The notes: a model not told the origin generated them from the sequence alone. A DNA stretch of 40,810 nucleotides from Octopus bimaculoides (GCF_001194135.2 NC_068988.1:17694767-17735576), one strand, 5' to 3'. Positions 13,500 to 25,920 are shown, counted from the stretch's first letter. Numbers and translations are program-made.

Positions 13500-15075
13500 C
13501 CTCTTTCAGTGTTTCTTTCTCTCAACCCCCGCTTCTCTCCTCCTAGGAGCATTATACTTGCTATTTAGCCGAAAGCCTTACAGAAATAGTAAATACATAT
13601 TCTTAACAGGATTGTTTTACTTTTAGTAATATCTTCAAGAAATATTATTCTAGAGTTTCGTATCCAGATCATTGCAAAGTTTATCACTTTTTCTGCATCT
13701 TCCACCTCTTATAATGTTCAGTTTGTCTTTAACTCAGTGGCATAGTTTCAAATTTATAGTGCCTGTTCACTTCCCCTATACGGATTTCAACATACATACT
13801 AACAATCGTTGTAAAGTATAAACAGTCCTATCGGAGAATTTGTTTACGAATCACACCCTGACCTCTTAAAAATGAAATATCTGTTCGTGCATATTTTTTA
13901 TTTACAAGACCCTTGATAAACGAAGAGCTTGTCATTTACAGATGGCGCGGATTTAATAATAGGTTTGTTTAATCAGTTCTCAAGTGGCTCGCCACCGCAA
14001 CCGAAGCTCTGCTGCAACTTGAATTCGAAATTAACAGCTATGAAATGTCACGATTTTCATACCAATACGCTTTAGTTGTTTATTTTTTAAGCATTGCTTA
14101 CATAATATTGTGTTTTTGAATATTTTTGCTTATTGTGAATTATCCATTTTCTCTCAAATACAATACATACATATTACATATAGGATTCAAAGTTTGGGAA
14201 TTTCCCCTATATATTGTTTTCCTTTTTCTAGTTTTCTTTCCACATTCTACTTCTAATGATAGCTGGGATATGCTAAACGAATAAACAGCTGAATCTACTA
14301 TCATATTTGTTAGTTTTACAGTTGATATTCGAGCAGTTGATAAAAGGAGAGAAGTTGACGGAACGTGCTTACTACTAAAATAGACGATCGAATGACTAAA
14401 TGGAGAATCTATCATATATTTTCTTGCTGATGGTCTCATTTTTGTAACTCGTACCTTATTTTCAAGATTTTGTTACTGGAATTAGTTTTGTTGAAGTTGC
14501 AGTAAAAGTTAAGAACAATATAAGGCTTGGATAATTCATTATTATGTTTGTGTTTGAAGGGTATATTAATTCATGCCTCAAGTTCACAGCTTATTACAAC
14601 ACACGTTTCCAAATGATTTGATTTATTCTTTCCCCAATATTTCCCTTGTGTGGAATAAAAATATTAAGATGCTTACACTTTGTATTAGTGATAAGAAATT
14701 ATTATAGCCGTAGGAGTATATTATTCATGTGATTGTGATGGTCTAGGTGCAGATGCATGATAATTAAGAAATACACTGTTGCTGACGATAATAATGGTAG
14801 TCATTGTGCAATGGTTAATATTAGTGATTATGTTTATTATTGATGTTTTTTACTGCTAATTCTGTAGAAGGAATTTTACTTGTGAGTTAAGAAGTATACA
14901 CTGAAATGTATATACTATTTTTGATTGTTCATACTACAATGTGATTTCTTTATTTCTCTCAAATATTCAAAACTAAATGTATTTAAAACTAATTATAGAA
15001 TATATATATTTGAATTTTAAATCTGATAAAATGTGTCTTTCAGGGAACAATGAAATTCTTTGAAATATTTAATAC

Positions 15076-15131
<56 letters not shown>
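15076..15131. repeat. (ATT)n microsatellite
   Basis: Directly visible. Confidence 0.95.
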
Positions 15132-15132
<1 letters not shown>

Positions 15133-16496
15133 CATAGTATTCCTATGAAATGAATTACAAAAGAATCTTTGCAATGGATACGATAGAGGGTAAATCTAGC
15201 CGAAAGTATATTGCAAGTATATTGCATTAGCAACAAATTTAATAAAGTTATTCTATCACGCCGTTTTCTAAATCAACAGCAGAAACGATGGAATAATTTT
15301 TCTTGAAGGTAATACTAAAAATATAACAGTCCTATTAATAATATATATTTACTATTTTTGTAATTCTTTCAACCAAATAAAAAGTAAAATGCTCTTAGAA
15401 AACGAGAATCTTAAAAATAAAGTAACCATGATACAGAAGAAAGCTTTTATATATTAAAAAAAAACACATAATTTCAGACCAACGTTTGAACATGTATATG
15501 AAATATAAATCATATAAGTTCACAAAGCATGTTTTCAATGTTTAAATTCTTCAAAAGTTTCTTTGAATATTGTAATATTGTTTAGAGAATAATTATATTT
15601 TCATCAGCTAAATGCTTATCTAATAACTTAACGAAAATGATTTTTAACAAACATGTTGCTTTGGTTCAGACATTTTCATAGGCAATATATTATGTAGTGT
15701 ACGTTCAAGTATGAAAAAGTATCACTTCATAAGGTAAGAAATTCGTTTACATATCTTAATCTACACTTTCAGCAATTACAGTGCAGAAGGTGCATATTAT
15801 CTGTTCAAAAACACAAATATTGTTAGCTTTACTTAAACATGTATTTGGTGTCAGAATTTCGTGGAACCTACTGTGTCATCTTCACTAAAAGACAGTCTCA
15901 GATCAAATCACTTGCTAGACAAGTACATCTCCGAAAAATCTACAAAATGCCTCCCATTTACATATCAAGTTAACACAATCTCTCTGTACATAGACAGTAT
16001 TCTGTATCCCACCCGATTCTCTCTCTCCCTCTCTTTATTTTTTTCTCTCTTTGTCTTAGTCTTTATCTATCTACCTCACTATGTATGTATGCATGTATGT
16101 ATGTATCTATATATCTGTATGTCTGTCTGTCTGTCTGTCAATCGACCTAGCTTTTCTCTACTGTATAGTGTTACTGTCTGTTACTAGCTTTTCTTCACTG
16201 TATATTCTGTTACTGTTGGGATAGCATTCAACAAGCGAAAGCACCAAGTTTACACACACACACACACACTCACGCACATACAGACAGCACACATATGCAC
16301 ACTGATACATAAGCCACACACACACACATTCCACACTCATCAACACACAAAGATGTGCTGGCATACATATTGATTATCTTTTCGTGTCAGATGCTAGCCG
16401 TCTCATATTACTCATATGTACATCAGTAGCTAATAGTGACTTTTGACTCTTAATATCTAAAACTAAATATCTGGTGACAAGCAAGAGCAAGATTAC

Positions 16497-16657
16497 CGGG
16501 ATGCATTAGACTTGCAGGTGTTATATCACAGGGCATTCGCCAAAACTTTTTTCTCTCAAAGGATATCCGCATCTTAATAATGATTACATTTTGAAAATTT
16601 TCCTCCATGAGTAGTTTTCCTACGCCCTCAAACACAAAGCTGAGTATTTCTACAACT
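16497..16657 (-). CDS. Candidate internal exon, 161 nt, unknown product
   Basis: Minus-strand acceptor TTTGCCTCTATCAG (AG at 16659-16658) and donor G|GTAATC. Open frame VVEILSFVFEGVGKLLMEENFQNVIIIKMRISFERKKFWRMPCDITPASLMHP. No homology recognised. Confidence 0.25.
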
Positions 16658-16667
16658 CTGATAGAGG

Positions 16668-16724
<57 letters not shown>

Positions 16725-16726
16725 TA

Positions 16727-16896
16727 CAGAAAAAAATTAAGGTACTCAGAAATCTGGATGTTTGTACAGATTTTTATTAATGTCACATATTAAATAAAGC
16801 GCTTTTCACCTAGTCTAAGCGCTTTATTTAATATGTGACGTTAATAAAAAATCTGTACAAACATCCAGATTTCTGAGTACCTTCATTTTTTTTCTA
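16727..16896. mobile_element. Near-perfect 170-bp fold-back, TA-flanked (MITE-like)
   Basis: Core arms 16739-16804 and 16817-16883 are reverse complements with 1 mismatch and 1 bulge around a 12-nt loop (TTCACCTAGTCT). Pairing extends to the ends CAG...CTA, with TA at 16725-16726 and 16897-16898. Confidence 0.75.
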
Positions 16897-16999
16897 TATA
16901 ATTTCTGTACATCACCTGCAAACCTTCCAATATATATATACATATACACATATACATATTCATATATGTATATGCATATACGTATTCATATATATATGC

Positions 17000-17033
<34 letters not shown>

Positions 17034-17230
17034 GCATGTATGTATATGTCCGTGCATGTGTGTCTATATCGATATGTGTGTGTGCGAGAAAGAGAGAAAG
17101 TCTCCGTGTGTATGTGTGTGTGTTTCTACGTATGTATATGTAATATATACCTACGTGTATACATATGTATTTATTATGTGTGTGTATATATGTTCACACC
17201 ATTATGTATATAAATATATACACACATGTA

Positions 17231-18109
17231 CAGGGTGCGGTTAATAAATTGCCGTCTAAATTGCGCAAAAATGAAAATAGCACTGACATCTCATTTTAAC
17301 AGATATATTTACAAAATTACATTAAAAAAATCTTGAAATACTGAAGAGTAAATTTATTCAATAAAACCACCATTAGCTTCAACCCAGGTCTCCAGACGAC
17401 TAAGGAATCTCCTGCAACTCTTCTGGACGGTCTCCTTGCTCAAGTTGGTGAGTGTTGCCATAATCCTTGCCTTCAGTTCATCTTTGGTGTTACAAGGATT
17501 TTTGTTGGTCTCTCGCTGAATTGCACCCTACAGATAATAATGAAGGGGGTTGCAGTCTGGGGAGTTACGCGGTCAAATGTTACGGGTGATGTGCTCGCAG
17601 AAATTGTCTGACAGCCATGACTGGTTTCTCCTGCTTGTGTGGCATAGCGCAGAGTCCTGTTGCCAGACCTAGGGTCTTCTAGCAGCCACCCTCTTGACGC
17701 AGGGCAGCATTACTTCCTCCAGGCACTTGATGCAGGCCTCCGTGTTCAGTCTGAGGCCGTGTGGGATGATGAATGGAGGTATAACTAGTGATCACTCCAA
17801 ACACCATGATGTTGACTGAATGTTTGATTTTTATCACTTTCGGTACATGTCCCCAGATTGCACTGCCCTCAGATTGACAACTAACCACTGTGAAATATTC
17901 ATATTGGTGTTTCCGGTACCAAGGTCAAGCAGCACAGCATGTCGTTTCCAAATTTCTGGCAGAGTGAATTGAATCATGGTGTTGGTTTTCTGACAGACAG
18001 TGCCCAACCGACCCTGCTATACTGTGTAGTCGACAAAATCAAAAAACAAACAATGCGCATGAGCGAAATAAAGAATATCAAATAGTGACAATTTACCCAT
18101 TGCACCTTG
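17231..18109 (-). mobile_element. Internally deleted DD37D (maT-type) Tc1/mariner transposon with both TIRs and TA TSDs
   Basis: TIRs CAGGGTGCGGTTAATAAATTGCC and CAAGGTGCAATGGGTAAATTGTC (16/23 identical); TA at 17229-17230 and 18110-18111. ATG at 17977 gives MIQFTLPEIWKRHAVLLDLGTGNTNMNISQWLVVNLRAV, joined to ..NIMVFGVITS..PPFIIPHGLRLNTEACIKCLEEVMLPCVKR..VWQQDSALCHT..NSPDCNPLHYY..KDELKARI..LETWVEANGGFIE* (stop 17356-17354). There are 37 residues between the QQD Asp and the third catalytic position, which is mutated D to H. Confidence 0.9.
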
Positions 18110-18167
18110 TATATANNNNNNNNNNTATATATATACACACACACACACGCACACGCACACACATATA

Positions 18168-18215
<48 letters not shown>

Positions 18216-18994
18216 TATGTATGTTAATGCATGTGAGTTCTTTCATCTTATTTCATCTAGAAATAATTTTATCTAGGAAGACTGAATAGTTAAAATAACT
18301 GTCTGCTAAAACGAAGTCAGTTTTGTCGAATAACTTTTAAAGAATCTTGCATTTAATTTTCAATTACGTAGTTGCTGAACGGCTTTAATCGATAGACGTT
18401 CTAATTAACAACAGACGCATCTATCTGCACTTAAAATTGGCAAGAATGTATTGAGATGTATGACATAATAGATGCATTAGTTAAACTTCTTACTTTTCTG
18501 CATAATTGATTTAGGTGGATGCACATAACTATTGTTAAAGAACAAAGTGTTTTTCTCTTCTTTGAAGACAGCGTGTCAAATAGAAATGTAAATGAGACAA
18601 ATATTTCTTTAGTAAAACATCTCCAGAAAAATCTCGTCCTATTTAAAATTATATCTTGGTAGAAATAGTGCTTACTTAAAATCTGAATTTTGTTGATGCT
18701 TTTCGATTTCTTGCCGCTAAGTGCATCTAGTGAAAACAGCGGTAAAATTGTCACTCAAAAATACGCCACAACATTCATGCAGCTTATCTTTACTTTATGA
18801 ACTTGCTATGAATTTTGTATCATATTCAGTGAAGTCACTGTTAGGTTTTATACATCACTCCCTTTAAATATGCAGTTTCATTTCCGTACACAGTGTTTAC
18901 TTACGTTGCCCATGTGTATTTGTCGGTGCATGCAAACATGCATATATTTACACACACAAATGCACACTTAAACCCTCACGGCCACGAAAACACA

Positions 18995-19172
18995 CACAGT
19001 GTTGGTGTGTTTATGTCGTCCGTAACCTCACGGTTTGGCAAAACGACCGATACAATAAGTACCAGGCTTTAAAAAAAAACGGTATCGGTATCGAGTCGCT
19101 CCATTAAAATTCTGCAAGGCGCTGTTCCTACATGACTGCGCTCTAAAGACTAAAACAATTAAAAGATAAATG

Positions 19173-19180
<8 letters not shown>
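18995..19180 (+). mobile_element. 3' half of SINE family B
   Basis: GTGTTGGTGTGTTTATGTCGTCCGTAAC..CGATACAATAAGTACCAGGCTT..AAAAGATAAA matches the 3' halves at 27490-27683 and 36818-36910. Confidence 0.65.
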
Positions 19181-19209
<29 letters not shown>

Positions 19210-20295
19210 GGCAACAATTCATACACAATTTCTATGCACATCTGTGCATCTCAAGAACTGGCTTCAAAGTAGTGTCGTAATTACATTTCTATGTGTCATT
19301 ACGGAATCACATTGAAATGCGTAGCTTTATATATGTATGTTTGTTTGCATAAACAAGTAACATTAAGCCTCAAACAGGTATATAAAGATCTTGTCTAGAT
19401 TGTGGTGCAGAAAAAAAAATATACCACTCGGAAAGATGAGTGAGTAATATCGTTTCTGTCTTACGCTGAAGTCTTTTAAATTGACACGTGCAGAAATAAT
19501 GTTAAAGTTAAGAATGTCATAATATCTCCCAACCTCTCTAACAAGGAGCCTTGTGTCTCGTATAAAGTAAATAAATATATAGTAAATATTGAGCTATAGG
19601 ATGAATTATATATTTTAGAATGTATAATTGCAATTATACGCTTATATTTGCTTTCCCCATTGTTGGTACTTAAGCTGATTATACACATACAAGATATTAA
19701 GTCTGTTTTAAAAGGACTTGTGGAAGGTTTTATGAGATAAGCTGATTAAGAACTAGCTTGTTGGTCAAACGTACAAATTCTAAATAATACTTGATGTATT
19801 CACCAATGTAAAAGAAACACAAATGATCAACATGAGTAACTAGTAATAACCTTGCACTTAAGAAATTCGTTTCGCAACTGCATCATTAAGGCTTCAGTCA
19901 TAGATTACAGCATAATGAGCAAATATGTTCCACTATAAGAGTGATTCTCAAAGAATTTGGTGGAAGAAAACTGATCCCAATATGTGTGTGTATGTGCATG
20001 TCTATCTGTGTGTATGTATGTATGTATGTCAGTCTGTATGTATGTGTCTGTGCGGGCATATAAACGTTTGTACTTATATTATAATAAAAACAATTTTACA
20101 TTAAACAGAAGCATTACTCAATGTATTTCGTACAGTAAATTTATTCTTTAACTAGAAGAGTTTTGAAAAGTGACTTCGAAGGCCTCGTCAGCAGCCGGGT
20201 GGAACTTCGATGTCACTGCCGATACTATACTATTCTTTTAAAGAATTGTACATATACACACACACATACACACACATATACACATATAGTTTAAG

Positions 20296-20351
<56 letters not shown>

Positions 20352-21243
20352 GTGTGTGTATGTATGTATGTATATATATATATATATATATATATCTATA
20401 TATACATACATAACATACAAATATACATATATGTGCGATACATATACGTATGCATTTACATATCTGTGTGAGTGTGTATATAACAAAAAAACCACAACAC
20501 CAATAACAATATATTCACGTACGGGTATATATTGCTGTTGGTGCTCTGCATTTTGATGTTTTCGTTATAATGATGATCCGATTTGTGTGACCGTTAAAAT
20601 TATTTTAATCCAACCATAATCTGAAATTATTCCGAACCTATATAAAAGTTTGCTGGCTACTTTAGTTTAATCCGATATTGGTGACTGAAGCATGAATTTT
20701 CTGAGGCGTATACAAACTTAACTGTAGTGTTGTTATATAAAGAATGAAAACGTCTTGCATGTATACTGCCGATCAAACATCTGTGAATTTTATGCGGATA
20801 CACTGACTTGAGGTTCTTCGTATTTTGGTTTATGTATTGAATTTATATAATTGTCTATGTGGTGTCGAGTTTTTTAGTATATGTTGCTATGGGCCCAGTT
20901 CATGAAAATTCATGATCTTGATGGACCGTCACCAAACAATTGACCAACTTTTTGTTATGATTGGTGAGTCAGGGAGCACCTGGCAACGAATTTTAAGCGA
21001 AGAATTCTTTTGACTATCATTTCTTACAGGACGGGTGACCACATAGAGATTTCCACACTGGCTCATTGCATCGTAGTGTTGTCGGTGGTGGTAGGGATGA
21101 TGGTGGTGATGGGTCGGTGCTGCTGCTTTTGCTGCTGGTGATGGTGATACTGTTGTTGTTGTTGTTGTTGTTGTGGCGCTGCTGCTGCTGCTACTGGTGA
21201 CGGTGGTATGGTGTGGTGTTCGTATGATTAAAGTCAAAACTTC

Positions 21244-21346
21244 TCAGTCTTGTATGATTTTGTCATCAGGTGTTTCTCCAGTTTTGAAGTATCGGTTTGC
21301 TTTTAAAGCATCTGCTTCAATAAAAGCTAAAGCAAGTAGTATAGAT
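21244..21346 (-). CDS. Candidate terminal coding exon, unknown product
   Basis: Acceptor TTCTGTTACTATAG (AG at 21348-21347), then x-SILLALAFIEADALKANRYFKTGETPDDKIIQD* (TGA 21246-21244). It has 6 Asp/Glu and 1 Ser, whereas the overlapping plus frame is Ser/Lys/Ala-rich, as expected of a shadow frame. Upstream exons were not identified. Confidence 0.35.
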
Positions 21347-21844
21347 CTATAGTAACAGAACATTTCATCGCTTCAACGTTACGTATTTGTGTAAAAGTTA
21401 TATATAATATTACAGGCATGAGCTCTTTGTATTTGGCATCATTCACAAGTTGCGTCCTCTGTATTTATAAGACAGCTTAGATATTAGTATACTGGTGTCG
21501 TTTTATCTGCTCGTGATATATCGAATTTAGTATGGATGTAGAAACTGATACACCAAACAAATACACCATTAAGTTTAGTAAATGAAAAGAGAACCCCAGT
21601 CAATTCCAATCTCTGTCCTTTCGAAACCATCCATCATAAGAATGTAATGTGAATTAAGAAGATACTCAATAATAATTAATCTTTCAGATGTTATGTTAAT
21701 TTTCTGTATCACTTTAGACATGACCGCAACTGATATAGCCCTCAAGTCACGAGGTGGTTTCATATTCCGACAGACAAAAGTGAAATGGATTCTGTCGTAA
21801 AATACTACGATTACTACTGCTGCTACTGCTGCTACTACTACTGA

Positions 21845-21898
21845 TAATAATAATAATAATAATAATTATTATTATTATCATTATTATTGATAATGATG

Positions 21899-21930
<32 letters not shown>
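21845..21930. repeat. (AAT)n/(ATT)n trinucleotide tract
   Basis: Directly visible. Confidence 0.9.
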
Positions 21931-21932
<2 letters not shown>

Positions 21933-22166
21933 AAATAACAGCATTAGTGTTTGTATAGAGGACACTGGATGAGATGTGCGTCGATTTTGCCCCAAAGCAT
22001 TTCAAATTCCAATTTATATGCTAAGATTTGTCCTCTATCCTCTCAAAACTGACACAAATCATATAAGTTATAATAAGGTAACTGAGAATCTAGATAATTC
22101 TTCCCTCCTCACAAAACAAATTCGTTGATAAAGATGTCGAATTGTCAACTTTCAGTCGATACATAT

Positions 22167-22197
<31 letters not shown>

Positions 22198-22209
22198 CTA
22201 TATATATAT

Positions 22210-22255
<46 letters not shown>

Positions 22256-22874
22256 AAAGACAGATGGAAAGAGAGAGTTACTCACACACACGCATATATT
22301 ATTCATCTTCTTTTGAGCTGTGCCGCCTGAATGTGGTATGCCTTGAGGTATATCCAATATATCATATGGACAAAAATCAAATATAACATTACCGCAAGAT
22401 ATCTATAATTGAGAGAAGTGACATACAAAAGTCACCTATTTCTCGAAGATATACAAGAAAAAATACAGCATCCTTAAACATCGGGGAATTGACAGTTGTT
22501 GTAAGCGCACACAAACATCACGTTGTGATCACCTTTGAGAAATAAGTCGAATTTACATCGTTTCCAATCAATTCAAAGTGTAAACAAGAACTACGTAACT
22601 AATCATTGTCTGACAACAATATCACGTATTCATTTTCGTGACGGCTGGATTAATTGCCACTGTAATTAGGAGCATGCCACGAGGAAACTGATTAAAATTT
22701 CATGCGTTTCCATCGTCTCATTTATAAATCTTTGAAGAGTGAAGTACAGCAATGCTGATAGTTTCTCGAATAATTCAGTACTTTGTAATGATTGTCACCA
22801 TACATCTTCATATGTAAATCTATGTGCCAGACAGTCTGTGTTTGTATGTTTGCATGCATGTATGTATACATATG

Positions 22875-23115
22875 TATGTACGAATTCTTTTATTCGTTTA
22901 TTTGTTTTAGTCATTTGACTGTGGCCATGCTGCAACACTGCTTTTAGTGGAAAAAACCGACACCAGGGCTTATTCTTTGTAAGCCTAGTACTTATTCTAT
23001 CTTTTTTTTTAAAGTTTCTTTTTTTTTTTTTGCCGGGCCACTAATTTGCAGGGGATATAGACACACCAACATCGGTTGTCGAATGATGGTGAGGGGACAA
23101 ACACAGACACACAGA
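22875..23115 (-). mobile_element. SINE family B, 3' half, minus strand
   Basis: Reverse complement of the family B tail (TTTTAGTCATTTGACTGTGGCCATGC..TAGTACTTATTCTATC..CACCAACATCGGTTGTC..GGGGACAAACACAGAC). Confidence 0.65.
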
Positions 23116-23136
23116 CATATAATATATATATATATA

Positions 23137-23393
23137 CTGTTGTGTCTGTGGAGAGTCATTCTCTTTTAGTGTCTTATAATTTAACACACTCACTAGTAAA
23201 ATTTCCATTTATTTGCTTTTTTATTTTTCTAAAATTTTCATTGCGTCTTGCAACCTTTTCAACTATTGGAAAAGTTGCGAGACGCAACGAAAATTTTAGA
23301 AAAATAATGAAGGAAATACAAGTGTAAATTTTACCGGTGTGGGTGTTAAATTATAAGACACTAAAAGATAATGACTCTCCCCAGACACAACAG
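23137..23393. mobile_element. 257-bp fold-back MITE-like element
   Basis: Outer arms 23137-23204 and 23326-23393 (68 bp, 6 mismatches; ends CTGTTG..CAACAG). Inner arms TTATTTTTCTAAAATTTTCATTGCGTCTTGCAACCTTTTC and GAAAAGTTGCGAGACGCAACGAAAATTTTAGAAAAATAA are also complementary around a short loop. Left flank is TA; right flank is AATA. Confidence 0.8.
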
Positions 23394-23810
23394 AATATGC
23401 TTCAACACACGACGTCGTAAGCGACGGAATACCAACACTATGAATATATATACAAACACGCATGTACGTATCGTATGCATCAGATACATAAACAGGGCAA
23501 ATTTACTAATTACTCCTTAAACTAGAAAAAAATTACGAACAGCCTTAATAGATTTTCGAACTGTAGATGATGCCTATGATGGATGTTAGGTAAAAAAATC
23601 TGCCAATTTGTGTATATACTCAGCAAATCTAGTAGCTACAGTGAACTGATACTATTAATTTGCATACCGTGTTTAAGCCTTTATCAATATCAGCGGTTTG
23701 TCAACGCAGATTCCATACTTGAAGGTATTCCTTCGTAGACACAACATTAAAAGATGAAATAGCTTTTATTGAATTATGAACTTTCTAGATTCCTCAGCAG
23801 AGGTGACAAT

Positions 23811-23846
<36 letters not shown>

Positions 23847-23865
23847 ACATATATATGTGTGTGTG

Positions 23866-23901
<36 letters not shown>

Positions 23902-24249
23902 NNNNNNNNNNNNNNNNNNNNNNNNNNNNNNNNNNNNNNNNNNNNNNNNNNNNNNNNNNNNNNNNNNNNNNNNNNNNNNNNNNNNNNNNNNNNNNNNNNN
24001 NNNNNNNNNNNNNNNNNNNNNNNNNNNNNNNNNNNNNNNNNNNNNNNNNNNNNNNNNNNNNNNNNNNNNNNNNNNNNNNNNNNNNNNNNNNNNNNNNNNN
24101 NNNNNNNNNNNNNNNNNNNNNNNNNNNNNNNNNNNNNNNNNNNNNNNNNNNNNNNNNNNNNNNNNNNNNNNNNNNNNNNNNNNNNNNNNNNNNNNNNNNN
24201 NNNNNNNNNNNNNNNNNNNNNNNNNNNNNNNNNNNNNNNNNNNNNNNNN

Positions 24250-24607
24250 TATATATATATATACTCGTGTGTATGTGTATATATATATATATATGTGTAT
24301 ATATATATATACTCGTGTGTATGTGTATATATATATATATATGTATATATATACTCGTGTGTATGTGTATATATATATATATGTATATATATACTCGTGT
24401 GTATGTGTGTATATATATATATATGTATATATATATACTCGTGTGTATGTGTATATATATATATATGTATATATATATACTCGTGTGTATGTGTATATAT
24501 GTATATATATATACTCGTGTGTATGTGTATATATATGTATATATATATACTCGTGTGTATGTGTATATATATATATATATGTATATATATATACTCGTGT
24601 GTATGTG

Positions 24608-24641
<34 letters not shown>

Positions 24642-24676
24642 CTCGTGTGTATGTGTATATATATATATATATATAT
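24250..24676. repeat. Minisatellite: 10 copies of ACTCGTGTGTATGTG separated by variable (TA)n spacers
   Basis: Cores near 24263, 24311, 24353, 24393, 24437, 24479, 24512, 24549, 24593 and 24641. Bounded by gaps on both sides. Confidence 0.9.
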
Positions 24677-24764
24677 NNNNNNNNNNNNNNNNNNNNNNNN
24701 NNNNNNNNNNNNNNNNNNNNNNNNNNNNNNNNNNNNNNNNNNNNNNNNNNNNNNNNNNNNNNNN

Positions 24765-24831
<67 letters not shown>

Positions 24832-25920
24832 GAGTATGCACATACACAAACAGAAAGGCATACTAACACGCATATATACGTATATATGAATATATATTTT
24901 TATTTATATCTATGTATGTGTGTGTGTCTGTGTGTGCATCATTATACATACTTACATATAAGTAAAGGAGTGAGAGAGGCGAGATGTGATGTGTGTATAT
25001 GTGTATGCGGACACGATGCCAACAATCAGAAGCAAAGCACATTATCAACCTAGATTTCTAAGCATTGAGATACAGAAATCAGTACCTCTGGCACGGAACT
25101 AAGCAATTCCCATTTGTTCTGAAGCAAGTTTCAAGATTCTCTTTTCTATATTGTTTTATGAATATGGACGAAAGTTTTGTAAATATTTTGCCCACGTAAA
25201 TATATGGGAGTTATTGCTTCGAAAATGTAGACTTAATTTCCTGCTTCTTATAATTCAATACAAGAGCGAGGGAAATTGTTACTAATAACGAAACAATGAT
25301 AAAAGATATTAATTTCCCTTCAGAATATTTTAGATGATGGACATTTGAAATATTAATAGTAATAATGATAATTTCAAAGTAATAAATTTATTAGAGCGTG
25401 TTGTAACAAAATCAGTATTAAAACAATAATTTTAACGAATGTGTGCTCAAATAATAAACAAGGTGTTGAGAGAATCAATTTCAAACCATTTAGAATCGTC
25501 TCTATCACACACGGTTGTAATTATGGAATAGGGATGTTGTCCTAACTAGCTATCTAAAAGATAGCGAGAGAGATATCAGTTAGGCACGTTGAGTGTTTTA
25601 GTAGCGAGGAGCACAGTGAGTTTTAGAAATTCGAGAAGTATACTGGTTTCAAAATTACTGTTGAGAAAAATACTGTACACTGGCAATTAAGGCCTTATGA
25701 CGATTTTGAAATATTTGTTATCTTATTTTTGGAAGAATCATATAAGATAAGATTTCAGAACTATGAACGATTACTGATACAGCAATTAAGTTTATTGTTT
25801 TTCACAGTTTATTTTATGTGTATAGGTTAGCATGTAAGGGTACATACATTTCTTGCATACATCTCTCTCTTTTTCTCCCTCACTGTACACACACACACAC
25901 CGACACACACATATCACGGA

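Noticed and set aside
14140-14439. 99-aa minus ORF and overlapping plus frames (e.g. DIRAVDKRREVDGTCLLLK*)
   Set aside because: Competing readings on both strands; none has both splice sites or recognisable homology.
18431-18754. 107-aa minus ORF
   Set aside because: Non-ATG start, no motif, no clear splice boundaries; within chance expectation.
20915-21352. Plus-strand two-exon micro-ORF (MILMDRHQTIDQLFVMI-G-VSPVLKYRFAFKASASIKAKASSIDL*)
   Set aside because: Phases match, but the second exon has the Ser/Lys/Ala composition expected of the shadow of the minus frame. Not fully excluded.
21575-21865. About 97-codon minus-strand open frame (..MKPPRDLRAISVAV..DWGSLFIY*)
   Set aside because: Partly trinucleotide repeat; no convincing donor or acceptor compatible with the 21346 exon; no recognisable motif.
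24250-24676. CRISPR-like repeat-spacer appearance
   Set aside because: Spacers are plain (TA)n, not unique sequences; eukaryotic context and no cas genes.
23766-25053. 340-425 aa ORFs on both strands
   Set aside because: Made entirely of TA/TG/CA repeats and N-runs (YI/VC/TH dipeptides, X). The same applies to 2919-3727, 28672-29006, 31142-31632, 32846-33677 and 35412-36042.
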